A stretch of DNA of 64,000 nt from Tubiluchus corallicola (taxonomy: Eukaryota > Animalia > Priapulida): assembly GCA_030141605.1 (NCBI GenBank), contig JAQGDQ010000316.1, positions 186,001 through 250,000 of the forward strand. Direction: 5' to 3'. The notes beneath the pieces were generated by a model that ran no database searches, was not told where the DNA came from, and was given only the letters and a program-made list of their open reading frames with translations. Shown piece after piece: positions 35,985-47,525 of this stretch; position 1 is the first letter of the stretch; each line of letters opens with the position of its first letter. The position numbers and the translations under genes are program-made.

Positions 35985-38790
35985 TCAGATCTAAAGTGTA
36001 TTGTTGCACCGCAAATGCTCACTTCTGATCGAGTATTGTGGCATATTTTTTTTCTTTGTTCTTCCCGCCAACACAACACCCCATCAGAGACAGATCCAGT
36101 TCCTAGACATTCCCATGAGAGGCTATTTACTGCCTATTAACAACTCAAAGAGCACAAAGATCAGTCTGGCAAGATGCAATTGTTCAATTCCTTTTTATAT
36201 TCCCATCATTTGAAAAGTTACGTCTCCATTTTTCATTTGACTGTTTAAACCTTTCCAGCCAATTTGTTGAATGGTTTTGTTTTCGTTTTTTTAAAGACAT
36301 TTTTTTTAGAAATTCCGGGTAGGCATGAAGCCGCTCATGGTGAAGTGGTACAGGATTTGCGCTTGACTCTGACAGAGAGTGGTGGCAAGCAATTGGATAC
36401 CTGGAAATATTCCAAGAAATATTCTTCTCGCCAAGCTACACACCCAATCACAAGTTTCTCCATGCCTCCCTATGAGAAGTTCACTTTCGCAGCAGGGGCA
36501 TTTTTAGCTGTACTTTTCAACTGATCATGAACAACACCAACAGCTCAATGACCAAGCTACAAATAGCTACAATTAGTTTTGCCTGACCATCACATCAACA
36601 ATTAAGACAACAAAAATATTGTTTGGCTTTTTGTACGTTTTATTTCTATTTGTAGCATGTTTTTTGACCTTGTAATTTTTTTTTAAAAAACGTGTATTTA
36701 GAAATTTTGGAAGAGTGTGAATCTTCTCAACGTGAAGCGGTGCAGGATTTGCGCATACTTCTGACTGAGAGTGGTGGCGCATTGCTACATCCATTTATTT
36801 TTTTTACTATTCTTTCCGCCATCTAACGAACCCCATCAGAGATAGATCCATTTCCAGGATCTTCCCACGAGAAGCTAACTTCAGCAGCAGGCATAGTTTT
36901 TGACAGACTTTGTAGACTATGATGCACAACAAAAGCTTAGTGATTCTCGCATTAGTTTGCATTTTGATACACATCTTTTAAATCTATTTGCCACCTGTTT
37001 TGCGACCATGCAGTTTTTTCCTTTTTTTAAAAAGACACACACGTTCTGGGAGGCTGTAAAGCTTCTCAACGTGAAGTGGTGCAGGATTAGCGCTTACCTC
37101 TGACAGAGAAGTGTGGCACAGAGCAATGCAAAACTTTTCTACCCGCCAATCAACACACCCCATCAGAATGCGATCCCAGTTTTCCAAGCCTTCCCACGAG
37201 AAACTCACTTTAATGGTATATATGTTTTAGACATGATTTTCATTTGACTGTGAGCAACACCAGCAGTTCAGGGAAGAAGTTGGCAAAAATGCAATGTATT
37301 ACGTTAATTTTCATCTGTCCCGTTATTTGAACATTCATGAGTCGACTTTAATCTGATTTTTTTTATTGTCAGGCATATCTGTTTTGCATTATTATGCGCA
37401 TTCAAAATATTTTTTAACAAAACACATGTTTTTATAGATTTTTGAAGGATGTGAAGTTTCTAGATGTGAAGCGGTACCGGGATTTGCGCTTACATTCTGA
37501 CAAAGAGTGGTGGCTATAGCAACTGCTAGTGATATTTTTTTTCATTATTCTGCTCGCCATCGTACGCACCCCATCAGAGATAGATCCATTTCCGGGACCT
37601 TCCCACGAGAAGCTAACTTCAGCAGCAGGCATAGTTTTTGACAGATTTTGTAGACTATGATCCACAACAAAAGCTTAGTGATCAAGCAAGCAAAATGCAT
37701 TAGTTTGCATTTGCTACAACTTTTAAATCTATTTGGCAACTGTTTCTTGACCAAGCAGTTTTTTCTTTTCTTAAATTGTGCAGAAATTCCGGGAGGCTGT
37801 AAAGCTTCTCAATGTAAAGCGGTCATGAATTTGCGCTTACCTCTGACAAAGAGCAGTGGCCACGGCAGTTACTTTCATTTTCTTCTCGCCAAAAAACACA
37901 CACCCTATCAGAGACATATCCAGGCCTTCGCATAAGAAACTCACTTCAATAGAAGACATATTTTTTAAATTAACTATAATTAAGTTGTTAAAAATCAGAT
38001 TGACAGAATACCATAGGTTCAAAACTCGTCTATCAATTATTTGAACGGTCAGGATTCTAATTTAATTTGACTTTTTAAATTTTTAAACCAGTTTATTTGA
38101 TTTTTTGTAAACTTGCATTTTTTTCCAAAACACACATTTTTTAAAATGTTTGGAGAGTAACAAGTTTCTTGATGTGAAGCGATGCTGGATTTGCGCATAC
38201 CTCGGACAGAGAGTGCTGGCATGCAACCGCTGATAATCCTTTTACGCCAACAACATGCCCTACCAGAGATAGATCATGTCCCCTACCCTTTCCATGAGAA
38301 GCTATATACTGTACATTTTTATGCCTATCTGTTTCAGGTTTTGCAATAATAAAACATTTTGCCCTTTAAAAACATGTACACTCAGAAACGCCGGGCGAGT
38401 ATAATGCTTCTCAAAATGCAGGTATTATCATTTACCTCTGACAGAGCATGGTGACACAGCAGTGCAAGTCATCAATTGCTTTATTTTCTTCTCGCCAATA
38501 ACCCACCCTAGCAGAAACAGATCCAGTCACCTGTATCTTCTCATGAGAAGCCCACTTTACTTGCAGGGACATTGTTAAAGAAAAATGAAACACAGCAACA
38601 GCTGAGCAATATGTCCATTACTTGAGACAGATCCTAAAAAATTCCGAGAGGGTGTGAGACTTCTCAATGTGAAGAGGTTACAAGATCAGCACTTATTTCT
38701 GACAGGGAGAGATGGCACAGCATTTTTTTGCTGAATTTATATTTATTTTTTCTTGCCACATATGTACTCCATCAGACAGAAAGATGGAGA
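35985..38790 (-). repeat. Array of ~9 diverged ~200-nt fold-back units inside the Helitron 3' region (possible structured ncRNA array)
   Basis: Recurrent block 1 (cttctcaaygtgaagcggtgcaggatttgcgcttacctctgacagagagtggtggc) and block 2 (ttctcgcca..caccccatcagagatagatcc..cttcccacgagaagct). Block 2 is an imperfect reverse complement of block 1. Confidence 0.8.
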
Positions 38791-39347
38791 ATATTACTAT
38801 TAGAGAATATACAGAAATTTGAATAGGGTTGCAAAACATGATGTGCTCTTTTTCAAACAATTGCTTTTTTGCCAGGGAATGGTCAATAATACACGCTCGT
38901 ACATGAATGCACAATTATAGTATCTTTTAATAAAGAAACCACTTTTTCAGAGCCACACGGGGCGGGGACGAAATAGCTCAAAATGAACAAAATGTTAATG
39001 TAGCCGTTTCAAATCTTTAAGTGTCTACTTCTTTTTGGCCACTCTTATTAATCAAAATATCTAAAGAAAGACGGCAGTATCATTAACGTAACATTTGCCG
39101 ACTAATTTTCTGATTCGTTCGGCATCAGTTTTTTTGTAAAACTTGCTATTTCTACCCCTGAATGCACAATTAGCTGTTTCTTGCCTTTTACTTCCATCAT
39201 GCCATTTTGCACATCGTTTGCTAACATTTTAATGCTAACCAACTGTCTTACTTGATTGGCAACAACATGTAGCTGTAAACTCTTTACTACTGTACATACC
39301 AATCTTTTGGCTCCATTAGTACATGTTTGTAAGCAATTCTTTGCATT

Positions 39348-42300
39348 TTACAGTACTTCTGTATATACTACGTTTTGCGTGAATACATCATCCCTATTTT
39401 TCAACAAGTTACCTTGTTGCGCATTTTCCTCGATCATTATTTTGAGATCTGCGAAGCGTCTGACTCTACTCACGGCTACATACATTTGTCCATGAGTAAA
39501 AACAGGCCTCGGCAAGTAGATACCAACCTTTTGAAAAGTTTGACCTTGACTCTTGTTAATAGTCAATGCAAAGCTCAAACGGCAAGGGAACTGACGCCGA
39601 GTCATTTTAAATGGCAACTGGGTGTCTGACGGTGACAGAGTTACCCGAGGAATAAACACCCGCTTACCTCTGCTACAATTTTCAATATTGTCACAAATTA
39701 AAAAATTTTCGTGCATCTCTCTAACAATTAATCTGCAACCGTTACATAAACCTTGCCGTATATCTATATTTCTCAATAACATCACAATTGCACCCACCTT
39801 TAGCGTCAGCTTATGAGGCGGTAGACCTGATGGTGTCAGTTTGTTGATATATTCTGTTGGGTATGTTTCTGCCTGTTCCAGATCATTCTCGGCAATAGTA
39901 TCAGCGCTAAAGTAAGTGCGTGCAATGCCATGAAGTCTGGTTAATACGTTTTCGTTAATTCGTAAGCAAACATCGTTTTTCGATGTTAAAATCACATTAT
40001 CTTTTAGCATTTCAGAATTTTGTATTTCATGTCCAAAAATTTCTGTAATAATGTCTGATACAGCCAGACACGCTCTTGGTATTTTGACAGCATTAGGCTG
40101 ATCAGGCACCTCTCTTGGATGTGTACCATCACCAAGCATCATTTGCCAAGAGACAAATTCCCTTTCGTCCACATTAGCACGCATATTTTGAGTTAGACGA
40201 CATTTTTTCACCGAAGGCCATGTCACAGCGTTTTTAATTGTGTTTTCAACAATGGCTGCTCTGCTTCCGTGTGGAACTACTGGCAAGGTTTGCCTAAAAT
40301 CACCGCCAAATACTATGCATTTTCCACCAAATGGAACCGAGTTTTGCATCAGGTCCTGCAAAAATTTATCGATCGCATTAAATGCGTGCAGAGGAACAGT
40401 TGAAACTTCGTCTATTATGATCAATGACGAACGCTTCAGTTCTCGTGAATTCTTGTGCGTGTGCTTCAGATCGCATATGGACGTTTCTAAAATGGGTACA
40501 GGCAATTTGAAGCGCCAATGAACTGTAGTTGCATCGTCCATCAGTGTCGCTGCTATGCCTGTCCATGCCAAAGGGAGAACGAGTTTATTTTCGCCTCGCA
40601 ATACGTGGCACAGTGTCTGGTATAGAAAAGTTTTACCACTGCCACCTGGTCCGTCTACAAAGTAGCATCTTGCTTGCGGTACTTGTTCTTCATCTGCGGA
40701 CTCAATTGTTCTCAATATGTCAGTGAATATTTTTTGCTGTGCCTCGTTCAACTTACACCTCATTTCACTTCCAATCCGTCGCTCCTCTTCAACATCGTAA
40801 CCTATATTTTTCACGCTTTCCGTGACACTTTCATCTGGTTCTGGCAGATTAAAATCAGCCATGCAAAAACCATGTTGTTCGATGGTTTTTCTGATTTCAT
40901 TTAGCGCCATGTTTTCAGAAACTTGCGAGCTATGTTTTTTCAAAAAATCTTCGCAAAGGCTAACTTTAAATTTTTTCCAAAGTTCGGCTGGGTTTGTTGG
41001 TTGCGACAGTGCACATAAGCAGGCAAATAAGAGTCTCAATTGCCGAGGCATCTGAAACGTGTTTGCTTCTTCCAGACAATGTTCAAACTCTGAATCATCT
41101 TGCACCAGTCTACGTTTCACTGCAGCTTCACGAAACGTATTGCATACAATTCCATTTACAGTGCGCAAATGATCGAATGACTGTGGCCCAGGCACGTGCA
41201 ACAACAGCATTCGCAAATAAAACCGTTCCACATCTCGTGGACTTACTGCATACATTCTGGATATTACCAGTTCGCCGCCACGCTGTCTGCGTTTCCAAGT
41301 GCATTTTTGTTTAACATACACATAATGTGTCGGAATCTCTTCGTAAAGATACTGCCTTGCTTCCTCATCTTCTACATTCAGTTTGAAAAATGCAGTCAGC
41401 ATTGTTTCTTTTTCTCTTGCTCTGTGCAAAGCACCTTCCTCATCTCCTCTTACAAAGTAGACACTTTGTTGATTTGGTAAGTGCACTTGCAACCTGATAA
41501 CGTTGTGAGTTTGGCCATGCATTTTGTATTCGTGCAAACGCCAAAAGCCTTCGATTGCAGAAACATATCTAAAATCTTGATATCGCTTAATCTCGTCATA
41601 ATTCAGAACAGATTCACGACCTGTTTCATCACCTTCACTTATTTCCATTCGTGCACAATCGTGGCCTTTGTAAATATACTTGTATATATATTTTACCGCC
41701 TTTACACTCATACACAGCTCCACGTTTACGTGACAGTCGTACTTAAGACTGAGCCAAGGATTATATGGAACAATCCAACGATTGTCTACAATAAAATTTT
41801 TGCCCTCAATAATCATGGTATGTCCACCATGTTCTGGTGAAGTGCGGCGGTACTTTGGATAACCGTCAACATTTGCGACTGTTTCCCTGCAGTACATTTT
41901 CGGGTAATGCTTACTGCATTCCCCGTCAATCATGCATGGACTGTTTTGATTGTAACCTTCTCCACACGGTCCATGTATCATGCACTTTTTCACAATTTCG
42001 TGCAGTTTAGGATTCTTCTGCTGGTCTGGAATTTCAGCACAAACAACTTTATCGATGTCTTCGCTGTTGCGAATTTTGTCGTCTTCTGACAAGACTATCA
42101 ATAGGTGTGTGTGCGGGAGCCCGCGCTTTTGAAACTCCGTGACATGTATGACAGATAGTGGCTTTCCAAAGATCTGTCTCTTGTTTATGTCGTATAGTAA
42201 TTCTTTCAGCTTTAGCTGAAACACTCTAGCAACCAAATCTGGCCTCATATATGGGTATTCTCCAGCTTTAAGATTTTCAGTGATCTCTTTCCACTTGGGA

Positions 42301-43055
42301 TTAGCTGTAATTGTGAGGAATATGTCAGGTTTTCCAACATGTCTAACGGCTGCTATAGCATCTTGAAAATGCTGATGCATGTTTCTTGGACTACCTGCAA
42401 AAGACGATGGCAACACCACTACCTTACCGGGTATGCAGTTTGTCGTATCAGCCTTGTTATAAATGTAATCCATTAGACCGGAATAGAGTTCTACACGCAA
42501 CTGATTTTGATTTTTGCGTACGTAATACAATCTAGATGCTTCAACTTTGCAATACGCATCAACAATGAACTGTTGAAATAATTTTCCTGCCAGGTGAATT
42601 GAACAATATGTGTCACGCAGTGCTAAACGATAGCAGTAGTACTGCAACATCGTCAGTGTCTGTCTTTTCTCAGTTCTGCATTGTTCTCGGTGTTTCATGC
42701 CTTCACGCCATCCTTGCTCACCATACGGAAATAGCAAGCAGTAGCACATTGGATCACAATTTGGACTCAAGATGCTAATTCTTTGACAGTCACCGCCTCG
42801 TTCGTATACCATTATGTCTCGCTCAAATGGCGGTGCGCCATCCAGACCAACAAATATAGCCGCCACTTCGTCAACAGCCGGAGCGTTGTATATTCTTGTA
42901 TCCGGCCCTCTTTTATAACACATAGTAACTTCTTTTACTTGTCTACCTTCACTTGCAGCCTTCAGTCGTTCTTGCTCTACGACAGTTTGCATCTGCATAA
43001 ACGATTTCGCAAAAGGATTTATTTCAGTAATCATGTCATGTAGATGAGCTAACAA
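39348..43055 (-). CDS. Helitron Rep/Helicase (HUH Rep + PIF1-type SF1 helicase), N-terminally truncated
   Basis: Rep motifs PDIFLTITANPKW, EFQKRGLPHTH, YIYKY. Helicase motifs GPGGSGKT, IIDE, GGDFRQTLP, TINKSQGQT, HGQMYVAVSR. 1235 codons without a stop. Confidence 0.96.
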   Translation of the reverse strand: MLAHLHDMITEINPFAKSFMQMQTVVEQERLKAASEGRQVKEVTMCYKRGPDTRIYNAPAVDEVAAIFVGLDGAPPFERDIMVYERGGDCQRISILSPNCDPMCYCLLFPYGEQGWREGMKHREQCRTEKRQTLTMLQYYCYRLALRDTYCSIHLAGKLFQQFIVDAYCKVEASRLYYVRKNQNQLRVELYSGLMDYIYNKADTTNCIPGKVVVLPSSFAGSPRNMHQHFQDAIAAVRHVGKPDIFLTITANPKWKEITENLKAGEYPYMRPDLVARVFQLKLKELLYDINKRQIFGKPLSVIHVTEFQKRGLPHTHLLIVLSEDDKIRNSEDIDKVVCAEIPDQQKNPKLHEIVKKCMIHGPCGEGYNQNSPCMIDGECSKHYPKMYCRETVANVDGYPKYRRTSPEHGGHTMIIEGKNFIVDNRWIVPYNPWLSLKYDCHVNVELCMSVKAVKYIYKYIYKGHDCARMEISEGDETGRESVLNYDEIKRYQDFRYVSAIEGFWRLHEYKMHGQTHNVIRLQVHLPNQQSVYFVRGDEEGALHRAREKETMLTAFFKLNVEDEEARQYLYEEIPTHYVYVKQKCTWKRRQRGGELVISRMYAVSPRDVERFYLRMLLLHVPGPQSFDHLRTVNGIVCNTFREAAVKRRLVQDDSEFEHCLEEANTFQMPRQLRLLFACLCALSQPTNPAELWKKFKVSLCEDFLKKHSSQVSENMALNEIRKTIEQHGFCMADFNLPEPDESVTESVKNIGYDVEEERRIGSEMRCKLNEAQQKIFTDILRTIESADEEQVPQARCYFVDGPGGSGKTFLYQTLCHVLRGENKLVLPLAWTGIAATLMDDATTVHWRFKLPVPILETSICDLKHTHKNSRELKRSSLIIIDEVSTVPLHAFNAIDKFLQDLMQNSVPFGGKCIVFGGDFRQTLPVVPHGSRAAIVENTIKNAVTWPSVKKCRLTQNMRANVDEREFVSWQMMLGDGTHPREVPDQPNAVKIPRACLAVSDIITEIFGHEIQNSEMLKDNVILTSKNDVCLRINENVLTRLHGIARTYFSADTIAENDLEQAETYPTEYINKLTPSGLPPHKLTLKVGAIVMLLRNIDIRQGLCNGCRLIVREMHENFLICDNIENCSRGKRVFIPRVTLSPSDTQLPFKMTRRQFPCRLSFALTINKSQGQTFQKVGIYLPRPVFTHGQMYVAVSRVRRFADLKIMIEENAQQGNLLKNRDDVFTQNVVYTEVL

Positions 43056-43254
43056 ATTTGGAATAATAATAATTATAATGGTGCTGCTTCCACTACTTCA
43101 TCAATTTGCATTTTTATGCTAATTTACTTGGTGTGATAATTAATATTTTCCAATAAACCCTTAGTCACCTAAAATTCATCGTTCGTTGCTCCTTGAACAA
43201 CATTCGTTGCATTTCAATACACACTTAAAGTATAAGTTTAAGTTATACAGTATA

Positions 43255-43256
43255 TC

Positions 43257-43337
<81 letters not shown>

Positions 43338-43344
43338 TAACAAC

Positions 43345-43417
<73 letters not shown>

Positions 43418-43546
43418 GTTTTAATGCCTTAGCGTGAACTAATTGTCAACTAACAATCTAGTTATCATAAATTGACTGATTGGTATGCTGTAACATTGCT
43501 TGTCGTAGCATACAACTTGAGAATAATAATATTAATATAAGAGATA

Positions 43547-43580
<34 letters not shown>

Positions 43581-43609
43581 GGATGATGATGATGATGATG
43601 ATTATGATA

Positions 43610-43652
<43 letters not shown>

Positions 43653-43750
43653 CGATGATGATGATGATGATGACGACGACGACGATGATGATGATGATGA
43701 CGACGATGACGATGACGATGACGATGACGATAACGATAACAATAATAATA
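43255..43750. repeat. (AAT)n and (GAT)n microsatellites
   Basis: Direct inspection. Confidence 0.95.
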
Positions 43751-43798
43751 AGACACTTAAACTTGTTTATAACTAATTTGTAGCCAAACTATAAGCGA

Positions 43799-44040
43799 TT
43801 TAGGGAGTACTTATATAATACTAAACTGTGTACAGATAAATAGAGAAATTAGTACTTACATTTATGACTGTAACTCAATATGGCGTCTAACACATTTATT
43901 ATTGTATTTCAACATGTCGTCTAACATTGTACAATTGTTGTAAATAAGTAATTGCATCATGATGTTTTAATCATTTGTTCTTTGCTTTTATTTATCTCTA
44001 GCTAATGAACTACAGTAAAGATCAACAAAATATTAATAAT
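43799..44040 (+). repeat. ~240-bp repeat, inverted copy at 52814-53054
   Basis: tttagggagtacttatataatactaaactgtg...gttctttgcttttatttatctctagct matches the reverse complement of 52814-53054 with few differences. Confidence 0.85.
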
Positions 44041-44668
44041 ACTGTTATTATTATGCTAGGTTTTGTAAAGCCTTGTTAATATTGCACTGTTTATTCTACT
44101 GATGTTCTAACACTATTCACAGATTCTCGTAAAGTAATACCGAAATGCGTGCAGCCGTGACGTTTACATTTTCAGCAGCAAATCTCTTGTAAATAATTCG
44201 TAGAGACCAAAGGTAGAATTCCATAAAGTACCTCTTTAGGGGGAGAATCACGCAGTGCGGGATTCTTCAATTGCGCGCTCTTTTCACAACAAATCTCTTT
44301 TACGTGTAAATAGTTTGTGAAATCCAAGGGAGAATTCCTCGAAGATGTTTCTGGACAGAAGTAGCGTAGCGGGATTCTTTGATTGAGCGTTCGTCCAGAA
44401 TTTACATTTAGCGAAGGGAATTTTCGTCTTTAGCTTTGCAGTAGTCGGATCGTATGTCACGTGGTTCCCTAGTGTGACATTCCGTCGTAATTCTGAGCTG
44501 TTCGAACTCGTAATGGAGCGAGGAAACCGAAAAGCTACTTGGACTTTGGGAAAGGCTTCAGTTAGGAAATAAGAGCAGTGCAATAATCACCTACCTAATA
44601 GCTAGAATAAGAAAATGACTTACTCATGCAGGTACGGCGTTACGGATAGAAGTTAGTCTTGAAACCAG

Positions 44669-44915
44669 AGGTTTAGTCTAGTGGTAATTCGTCTGCTTTC
44701 CGTCTGGGAGGTCGTGAGTTCGAACCAGCGGCCGGGTCATACCAAAGACTTTAAAAATGGTACCTGCTGTTGCCCTGCCTGACGCGTGGTATTTAGGGTA
44801 AAAGTGGGGTAATAATAGTCTCTGTTATGTAGTTGTAGGTCGTTATTTACAGTCGGTGATAATAGCTCTTTGAGCTAATGTTAATTGTTGACCCAAAAGC
44901 CGACTTTAAATAAAG

Positions 44916-44948
<33 letters not shown>
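44669..44948 (+). mobile_element. tRNA-derived SINE
   Basis: A-box-like tagtctagtgg and B-box gagttcgaacc. Body gtcataccaaagactttaaaaatggtac, then AATAAA and a (TTA)n tail. Confidence 0.8.
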
Positions 44949-44951
<3 letters not shown>

Positions 44952-45210
44952 ATCTGAATACAGAAACTATTGCTGTATGTTCAATGATGTTGACGCAATA
45001 GACGATATTAAACAGAAGTTTTTCCTAAATTCAGTAGAGTAGAGTAGATTGCAAATATTTCAGCATTAAGAAGTAACATATGGAGTTTTTAACACACGTA
45101 ATAGATATGATATGAACTGACAATAATTATGTCAAAAATAGCCGATAGAACAAGCAATTGTATGTAAATTATATATGTATATATAATCATATATATATAA
45201 TTTCTGTATA

Positions 45211-45253
<43 letters not shown>

Positions 45254-45337
45254 ATATATATATATATATATGTGTGTGTATGTATAAATGTGTATATGTA
45301 CATTATATACTATAAATATAGATAATGTATTTATATA

Positions 45338-45670
45338 TGTTGTGTTTTGTTTCTCTCGGAAGGCTCGTAGAGAAAACAAGAAAACACGTTGTCAAATTGA
45401 ACAGGTTTATTGTGTCAGAATTCCACAACACAAAAGTATAAAGGAACACGAAATGTGAACAGTCAAATGATAGAAAAATAGCGTACCATAATCTGAGAAT
45501 ACGAGAATAAACTTGAGCGGTCAGCTTCGCCTCATATATCAGAGCAAATGGTCAACCACCAGAACAATCTAGAAAGTACTACGCGCATCGCGTATAGAAA
45601 ACTCCCGAATCTTCTACAAGGTAAGAAGATTGTTCTACTATGCTATAGAATATTCCAGATCTCCACAACA
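45338..45670 (-). mobile_element. Solo LTR (333 bp)
   Basis: TGTTGTG...CACAACA ends, perfect 5-bp TSD ATATA, homologous to 12181-12514. Confidence 0.85.
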
Positions 45671-46319
45671 ATATACCACTGGACTATACCTTATGGCGAC
45701 AGTGTCCAAAATGTAGTATTAGGGGAACATTCAGTAAAATGCCTTTTAAAAGCTGTTAAGAGTTTTTCAAATTTGCTTGTTTACAAATTGTAATGTATAA
45801 TGTAAACATATATATATTTACGTTATACATTACAATTTGTATACAAGAAATTTTGGAAAACTAATAAAAAGCAATAGCGTCAAAATTAGTCAAACTAACA
45901 GCTAAACTAAAGCTAACTATTTTACAATTTAATCTACAGTAATTATTCAAAGTTGGTAGGACACAGAGTCAAATACTGCGGAAAATCATTTTGGGAGAAA
46001 GACGTTTTAACGTGGTATAATTATGTTTATTCATCTTTTTGAAAAGAAAATTATTTTTTCGGTGTTCTATTTTCACATTTATTTAAAGTGGCTTAAAGTG
46101 ACTTTAATTTACTTTTAAAATAGCTTGCAGTTTCGGTAGATTTCTAATTAGTCAGCAGGGAGTTCCAAATATATATCTATTATGCACCTTATACACTTAG
46201 TGAATTTTTTTCACGCATTTCTGTCTCTCCTTTCGCGCCTCGTTCCTCCCCCTCTTGCATTTATTCGCTCTCTCCTTCCCCCTCCACCTTTCTCCTCTTT
46301 CTAGACCCATGCTTAATCT

Positions 46320-47190
46320 ACTGTCCAGTGCAACTAAATGATTTTAATGTTGTTAGCATAGATGAGGTTGTAAATATAATTAAGAAATCGTCTTCCAAGC
46401 AGTGCGCGCTTGATTGTAATCCTCCTTAGCTCTTGAAGAACTCTCTGCCCTGCCTTGCACCACCTATCTTACAAATTGTAAACTTACCATTGCTCCAGTC
46501 AGGTATATTCCCTTCGTCGTTAAACCATGCAGTAGTGAAGCCACTGTTAAAGTACATTCTTGACCCAGATAACTTGACTAACTATCGACCAGCATTTTTC
46601 TGTTTAAGACAACAGCTTCTTATTCAAAACGACATCTTATTGGCTATTGATAAGAAACTAGTAGTTTGTCTGGTACAACTAGCTTTTGGGCGGGTTTTGA
46701 TACGATTGATCACAAAATACTACTACGTAGATTCCAAAGTCGTTTAGGATTTTCAGGAATGGTGTAACGTTGGTTTCATTCGTGTTTGAGTAATCGGTCG
46801 CATTGTATTTCATTAGATAATGTAAGTTCGTTAACGGTAGAAATGCCTCATGGTGTGCCCCAAGGGTCTGTTCTAGGACCCATGCTATATGCAGTTTATG
46901 TCTTACCACTAGGTGATCCTATACATAAATTTCGGTTAGCGTATCACTTCTATGCTGATAGTAGCTAACGATACATCTACATTGAGCCAAATGATCCTAC
47001 TTCTGAATCTGACACCAAAGTTAAACTTGAACAGTGCGTTAAAGAAATCGCCTCTTGGATGGCAATCAATTTTCTGGCTTTGAACGCGAATAAGACCAGA
47101 TTTATTTACTCTGGTACATCTAGTCAATTGCCCAAACTGTCCAATCTGAGCCTCGCTGTGGGTGATGCAACATTGACTTCTAGTAAAATT
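46320..47190 (+). mobile_element. Degenerate L2/CR1-group LINE reverse transcriptase fragment
   Basis: HAVVKPLLK..LDPDNLTNYRP; GVPQGSVLGPMLY; HFYADS (degenerate YADD); WMAINFLALNANKT. Frameshifted. Confidence 0.9.
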
Positions 47191-47204
47191 ATATGGAGTA
47201 GTCC

Positions 47205-47525
<321 letters not shown>

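Larger units (their letters stand above)
35288..43070 (-). mobile_element. Helitron (autonomous type, 5'-truncated)
   Basis: RepHel ORF. Minus-strand 3' end ...GCGCAAATTTTTTTGCGGGTTTCGCTAG|T at 35288, with a subterminal CGCAAA/TTTGCG hairpin. Linking this terminus to the ORF is inferred from orientation and from the absence of a nearer terminus. Confidence 0.82.

Noticed and set aside
36573-37754. Short ORFs sharing SFSWEG / ANPAPLHVEK peptides
   Set aside because: Frames are not preserved among units because of many non-triplet indels, so the similarity is at DNA/RNA level.
35985-38790. Identity of the array units as CRISPR, hammerhead/HDV ribozyme, 5S, U3, U1 or spliced-leader RNA
   Set aside because: Only short motif resemblances were found (CTGATGG not CTGATGA; GAAGCTAA; CGTGAAGC; CAGAG|GTAAG), with no complete consensus. 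Units are too long and too diverged for CRISPR, and no cas genes are present. A covariance-model search is still needed.
39375-43043. Multiple + strand ORFs overlapping RepHel
   Set aside because: They are antisense shadows of the long coding sequence, with no recognisable motifs.
44669-44745. tRNA gene
   Set aside because: A and B boxes are present, but there is no complete cloverleaf and it continues into a SINE body and (TTA)n tail.
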